Shown here piece after piece: positions 58,180 to 64,000 of a stretch of 64,000 nucleotides of DNA. Both the position numbers and the translations under genes were made by a program. The notes beneath the pieces are model-generated. The model saw only the letters and a program-made list of their open reading frames with translations, made no database searches and was not told the origin of the DNA. This DNA comes from Macrostomum hystrix (Eukaryota; Animalia; Platyhelminthes). The DNA lies in NCBI GenBank assembly GCA_950097015.1, contig CATNEN010000003.1:3658001-3722000 (forward strand). Direction: 5' to 3'. Position 1 is the first letter of the stretch. Each line of letters starts with the position of its first letter.

Positions 58180-61100
58180 TCACACGCTCTCCTCGTCGGA
58201 ATCAATCTGCGACTGGCCGGATTTCTCCGTGAAGGTCAAGTCGCCGCAAACGTTATTGCATTCGTGTCTGACAAATATCTTAGCATTGTTATTGATGCTG
58301 CACTTGCCCAAGTAGCGAACTTGTATTATTCTGCCCTTCAGACGGGTCGAGTTGTTCTGATTTGAGTTCTGTAACGAAATAATTTTGTTATAGTTATGTT
58401 TTGGCTCTAACAGATAATAATACCACCTGAATAAGATGTTCAATAATCAATAGATAAGACGCCCCTAGAATTTCGCTTCGTGACGTCATCACGAATAATT
58501 TGACAAATACAAAGCGGCACCGACCCCAAATCCATGGTAGCAACCCGCTAAATCCAGGGTGGCACTTAATCCACAATGGCGCCCATAGAACATGTCAGTC
58601 TGAATAACCCTAAAAGTGCTTTTGCTAGCCACATTAAGTGCACACTTTGCACGTACTTTTCATAGTCACATTTGCGTACATACGAGCTAATCGTATATAG
58701 TGTACATGCAAAAAAGAATTCTTAATTTCTCACCACATCCTCGCCCAAGCAGGAGTTGTTCATGAAGCGTACTTCATTCTCGCCATTGATGCGAAAATAG
58801 ACACCGTCCGGCTTCGCGTCGAGCACCTCAGCAAGGTACTCGTGGCCCAATTTAAAGTGAAGCTTTAGCGCACCTTTAACACTGCGCCTCTCCTTCAGTC
58901 GTTGAATGACCCACCTGCCCAGCAGCTGCAGGAATCCTAGAATGATGCCGATGCCCATCAGAGCGAATAGGCCGCATAGGTATTCGAACCCCAGTTGGAC
59001 CTTGTTCTCAATGTCTGTCTGTCCTGAGTAGCAGCGGTTTAAGTCGAAGTATTTGGAGCGCAGCTGAGCAAACTCAGTGTCTTTACGCGCTTTCAGTTGA
59101 TCGTTTAAATCGTTTTTAAAACGGAAGCCTCGTCGAAAGAACCAAGTCAAATAGTGACTGTTGGCTATGTTGCCCATGACCTTCAGTTTGCAATCGAGGT
59201 TCTTAACAAAGCTCAACGTGTCAGCACTGGCGATGAGGATAAATGTTGGATCTAATAACACCTTCGCTATGGCTTCATCGACGTTGTTCAGGTACATTTC
59301 ATCCGGCCACTCCAACTGAGCTCTGGCGTGCACCTTTGGCCAATTGGTCTTCACCTGCCTGTCCACTAGCGAGTCCTTGATGTAGCCCCATTTGTAGCCT
59401 TTGGTATTGGCTAGCTCGCCAACGGAGGCAAAGACCACCTGCTCGTCTGGCTTGATTAGGAAAGCAACCAGATTGCTCAGGTAGGTTGTCATGTAAAGAA
59501 GCGTAGAGAACCATAATAGCAAGGTGAATAGTCGACTAGACAATTTCTTAGGCTCAGTCTCCACCTTGGACATTAGAAATGACGACAGGACTAAGAAGAA
59601 CGATTCGAACGGCGTGTACATGATCTTGTTCTGCGTGTTCGGACTGATTTTATCGCACACGTACAGCGTTGCAGACAGCAATACTATGGCAACCACAATG
59701 CTGATCCAAACGTAGAATGAAAACGGTTGAAATACGTGAAAGAAATCTGTAGAATGGACCATCTTTCTGTTGAGCATCTGAATGCCGTCTTGAACCATGT
59801 CTACTGACAGGTCCACATATTCGATTCGATCGAATGTTGGAGACATGAAGTTTAGGGACACGTCTGCGGACTGGGAGATTCAGTGGTGGTGGAGGTCAAT
59901 GATGGCTACCTGTTTGATTTTCATACTACAATAAGAGTAGAAAAAATACTGTACAACTGTTCAGTGCGTGGACTGGGCAGACCGACAAACGCACGTAAAT
60001 GTCTACCCCAGATGATGCTGGTTAAAATTCGAACTATCGACCTTCCTGACAAAACCCCGAAGCTCTATATCTACTTCGGCTAAAGTTGAAACTCCCATTT
60101 TAGCTCCTGCTCATACTAAGTAAAAGCCCCTAAAGATGAAGTCTCACCCCATTCTTGAGCATCTCGAACACTTCGTTCTGACTGTTCGTAGCCACCAGTT
60201 TGTACTCGAAGCCGAGCCTAGTCCTCATGGCTTCCACAATCTCAATGCACAGTCCGCGGGCGGTGCTCTTATTGCTGTTGTAGTCGTAGAAGTATGGCTC
60301 AGACTGCAGGCAAGATGGTGCGAGCGATTTTGGATGATAATTCTTATGTCAAGAGTACAATTTCTAAGAAAGATTTTTCGCGTAGCTTTTTTTTAATTCC
60401 ATCGACTCTGAATCGCGTAAGAGAGCATGCATTTTATAAGAAATAAAAGCTTCAAACGAGACAATTGACTAACCATATAGGCAGCGAATGTAATGCGACT
60501 GCGCGAAATTGCGTCAACGCCTTTGTACTCCGGCCTGTACGGCGGCGAGGCTTCGCTAATCCAACGACCAGAGAGGCTAAACAGGTTGTCAGGCGGTTGG
60601 CTTCGATTGCTGCGCAGGACACTGATTTGTACACTGGATCGAACGTGACTATTAGCGTCGTAGGTGAATGAGCCGCTTAGCGGGTCCACTATGCTGGGCT
60701 CCTGCAAATTTAGCCCCATAGGAAAGAACTCAGATAGAAAAATGACGAGCGAAACTCCTCATTCGGAGGAGGAGGACAAAACTCGTGTGGAGATAAAACT
60801 TCTATCGCACAAATTCCACTAATGTCAGGCTAACTTATCCCAGTGACCTTTAAATCAGGTGAACTAAAAACATCCCGTTTGAGGACGGCGCGATAGCCCC
60901 AGACCAGCCCTATTTGTAAGGCTCCTTTCTTCGACTTAACTGGAAAAGCGGAAAAGCGCCATACATTCCTCTGCTTTTCGACACCTTTTCCAATTTTCAT
61001 CAAAACTTTAATTCCAACTTCTACATTTTTGCTCAAGCTTGTGGGTATTCCTTTGAGCAGTGCGTAAACAATGTCTAAGAAAAACAGAAAACATCGTTTT

Positions 61101-64000
61101 CCCAAAAACAGAAAGTTGCAATGCATAAAAGTTTAATAATTTTCGTTGAATTTCAAAGTTTTTTGGTTGATTCGACAGGTATTTTCTTTTGCGATCTCAA
61201 CACGTTAAGCCCACCATTGAGTGAAAATTCTGATTACTAATAGAAGTGTTTTCTGCTTTACAAATGTTTAAGGTTGTGCTTGTAAAACTTTAATTGTTAT
61301 TGCTTGTTGGAGAATAAGCAAGATGATTATTAGCAGGGGTAAGGCGGCGACCAAACAGAGAGGTAATAAGAGGGGAGAGAAAAATACATCAACAATCTCT
61401 AATTGGGTCAGATGCGCAGCCGACAGCACAGCCGCAGCTAATTGCGCGGCGCATCTGAAGGCTGCGTACGGCTGTTCAGTCCATGGACTGGGGACGTCAC
61501 ACCCATCCTCAGTCAGTCACATATCCAGCTGATTGTGAAGTTTAGCAAAATAGTAAACTTAATCAACATGACTCACCGCCGCAACAGAATGAGACAAGGT
61601 TACGTTTGAAGCAGTACGCGTCCAGCTGTTGAAGGCCTTCAAAAAGTGGTTGATACAGTCCAGAAGAAACGGCTGAAGCAGCTCCTGTCTCGTGTACTTG
61701 TTGCTGTCCATTAGACGGAAGGTGTAGAACTCGGCGTCGCTACGATAAAACCTGGTCAGGTGCTTTTCCGTGTCGAACTGAGGATCAAAATTACATGAAA
61801 AGTACACAGGTGATTTGCTTTAATCTATCTCGAAAGCATCTAATACAATATACAAAGCACTCACCAGACTTGGCACAAAAAAATACTGGGACGACACCAG
61901 AATGCCAGCCCTCGACGCCTAATTGGGAAAAATTAAAAAAGACCAGATTTTTTATCATTCTCTCTCTAAGATGACAGAAATCAGAACAGACTTCTGTCAG
62001 AACAGTCAGAACTCTGTGTGAGTGTTCTTGATGCGTACAGCACGGGCGGAGCCAGGGGAGGCAAGGCGTCCCCCTGTTAGTGGCGTCGCCCTTGTAGTGG
62101 TAACCCGGTAGTACTCGCGCCCCCCCTAGTACTGACGCCCCCTAGTACTGGCGCTCCCCCTAGTACTGACGCCCCCTAGTACTGTCGCTCCCCTAGTACT
62201 GGCGCTCCCCCTAGTACTGACGCCCCCTAGTACTGGCGCTCCCCTAGTACTGGCGCTCCCCTAGTACTGGCGCTCCCCTAGTACTGGCGCACCCCTAGTA
62301 CTGGCGCCCCCGTAGTACTGGCGCACCCCTAGTACTGGCGCTCCCCCTAGTACTGGCGCTCCCCTAGTACTGGCGCTCCCCTAGTACTGGCGCTCCCCTA
62401 GTACTGGCGCTCCCCTAGTACTGGCGCACCCCTAGTACTGGCGCTCCCCTAGTACTGGCGCACCCCTAGTACTGGCGCTCCCCTAGTACTGGCGCTCCCC
62501 CTAGTACTGGCGCTCCCCTAGTACTGGCGCTCCCCTAGTACTGGCGCTCCCCTAGTACTGGCGCACCCCTAGTACTGGCGCTCCCCTAGTACTGACGCCC
62601 CCCTAGTACTGGCGCTCCCCTAGTACTGGCGCCCCCCTAGTACTGGCGCCCCCTAGAGGCACGTCCACCCCAAGAAAATAATCCTGGCTACGCCACTAGC
62701 GTACAGTATCAGCGTGCTCAATATTCAGTGGAATTGGCAGAAGCACCTACTCGCTGGCTTCAGGTCGACTTTAGTTTTTATAATGATATAAATTCGTACA
62801 GAGTTATTATACACGTTTAACGCCAAAACCATTTTGTGCTAGGTGTACCTGCTGGAGAGTCCTCTCCATCAATGCTAGATTCGGCTCGTCAAACAGCATG
62901 ATCCAAGCCACTCCGCCAGGTAGGGAGTTGGGATCATACCTGCTGAAGGCGTTGTAAATATCACTATCTGAGCTGCTGTTATCCACCTGGTGAACGCTGA
63001 ACAGACGAGTGGCGAAATTAACCAGGAATTGACTGCTAGCTGCAAAAAAAGCAATCCAATTCAAAGTTTAAATATATAAAAATAAAAACGGCCCTTTCAA
63101 GGACACTTTAATTTTCGGATTTTGAGTAATTTGAGCAAACCGAGGGAGGTTGTAGCCTAGTGGTTAGGGCGTCGATCCCACGACTTGAAGGTCGGGGGTT
63201 CGATTCCCGACTCCACTGAAACAATTTGTGTCCTTTAGCAAGACACTTAACTCTGCATTGCTTCAGTTCACCCAGCTGTTAAATGCGTACCAGCATCAGC
63301 TGGGATAATTGAAGGTGGTTGTGGCGTACGCCCAGTCCATGGACTGAACAGCTGTACGCAGCCTTCAGATGCGCCGCGCATTAGCTGCGGCCGTGCTATC
63401 GGCTGCACACCTGACCCAATCGGGGCAGGTATAATCAATTAAATTAATTCTTAATTGTCCCAAAAATATCACGAAAAAAGTGTTCAAAGGTTCGAATTAC
63501 CAGGGGTACCATCGGACACCGCAACGAGCGTGTTCCATTTGTAGACAGCTGATACATCGTACAATGCGACACTCAGATGAAAATTGTCTATTTCAATTTC
63601 GAATATATTCGGCGTGCCTGGCGGAAAGTTGAAGACCTTCTTGCGGATGACAAAGTACGGAATGCCTAGAGAATAGGACGCAATGGCCAGACTGATGTAA
63701 TAGTCTGAGATCACGGCCGCGACACCGAAGGACACAAGACTCGATTGAACTGAAATCGGCAATGAAATCTATTAGTCACTTGTTGATAAGTTAGGCCGAT
63801 AGTTGAAATTCAAGCCATTTCTAACCGGTTTGCGCGCCAGAAACACCCTGCTGATTGGCATCGATTGATAACAGGACAAAGTCGACAGATAGGCCGGTTT
63901 TAGCAGCGTAGGGAAATCTGGCCCTGGACAAGCTGGGATTGCTGACCAGTGTCTTCAGGTAAACAAACACGTTGAAGTCTTCCACGGCTGCAGAGGGATT
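58180..64000 (-). CDS. Divergent ionotropic glutamate receptor family subunit (ATD, LBD, M1-P-M3-M4) with S1-like cytoplasmic tail; 5' end lies beyond the window
   Basis: Exons 63826->64000, ~63501-63749, 62849-63039, 61865-61918, 61577-61777, 60474-60701, 60148-60303, 58734-59870, 58180-58368. Motifs: EPY..., GLCIEIVEAM...LGFEY, DRIEYVDLS, FQPFSFYVW, PKKLSSR, TYLSNLVAFL, M4 GLFALMGIG. Confidence 0.88.
59950..60080 (-). mobile_element. SINE family A fragment
   Basis: CTGTTCAGTGCGTGGACTGGG and CCCAGATGATGCTGG. Confidence 0.6.
61398..61532 (-). mobile_element. SINE family A, 3' half
   Basis: Near-identical reverse complement of 63330-63420. Confidence 0.85.
62041..62698. mobile_element. hAT-type MITE filled with an 18-19-bp minisatellite (CCCCTAGTACTGGCGCT)
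   Basis: TIRs CACGGGCGGAGCCAGG / CCTGGCTACGCCACTA; 8-bp TSD GCGTACAG (62033-62040 and 62699-62706). Confidence 0.9.
63142..63448 (+). mobile_element. Full-length tRNA-derived CORE-like SINE, family A
   Basis: A box TAGCCTAGTGG (63153), B box GGTTCGATTCC (63197), core TGTGTCCTTTAGCAAGACACTTAACTCTG..CAGCTGTTAAATG, 3' hairpin 63409-63430. Confidence 0.9.

Noticed and set aside
63142-63215. tRNA gene candidates at SINE heads (also near 1480, 8000, 49160, 54940)
   Set aside because: A/B boxes are followed by SINE body and occur in many diverged copies; no clean cloverleaf or Pol III terminator seen.

Overview
Eukaryotic (animal) genomic DNA with GT-AG introns, GC-rich exons and very dense minisatellites, SINEs and MITEs. 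The style suggests a free-living flatworm such as Macrostomum, but this is inference and not shown by the sequence. Most genes lie on the minus strand in two closely packed runs. Run 1 is: divergent ionotropic glutamate receptor, 3-Ig basigin/neuroplastin-like protein, FAH, TOP2, eIF5A, BORCS8, unknown ORF. Run 2 is: small TM ORF, 2-TM ORF, ABCB8, SLC26. Between them is a plus-strand island holding a decayed Crypton, a PPxY membrane protein, a LINE fragment and two tandem stonustoxin-type MACPF genes. Main observations: (1) restoring a missed last exon gives the iGluR a cytoplasmic tail that aligns without gaps to an S1/OB-fold RNA-binding domain of PNPase type; (2) unpaired splice acceptors sit just upstream of most minus-strand genes, and two ORFs (ABCB8, ORF at 19259) have no usable AUG but are in frame with an AUG-ending spliced leader, pointing to operons and SL-donated start codons; (3) a two-gene pore-forming-toxin cassette, one gene with a Cys/His-rich tail and an open 69-codon extension beyond its TGA; (4) eIF5A with an archaeal-like KHGSAK loop; (5) MITEs that carry minisatellites and arrays that appear seeded from splice donors. 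All exon structures were read by eye, and all homologies are from remembered motifs, not database searches.
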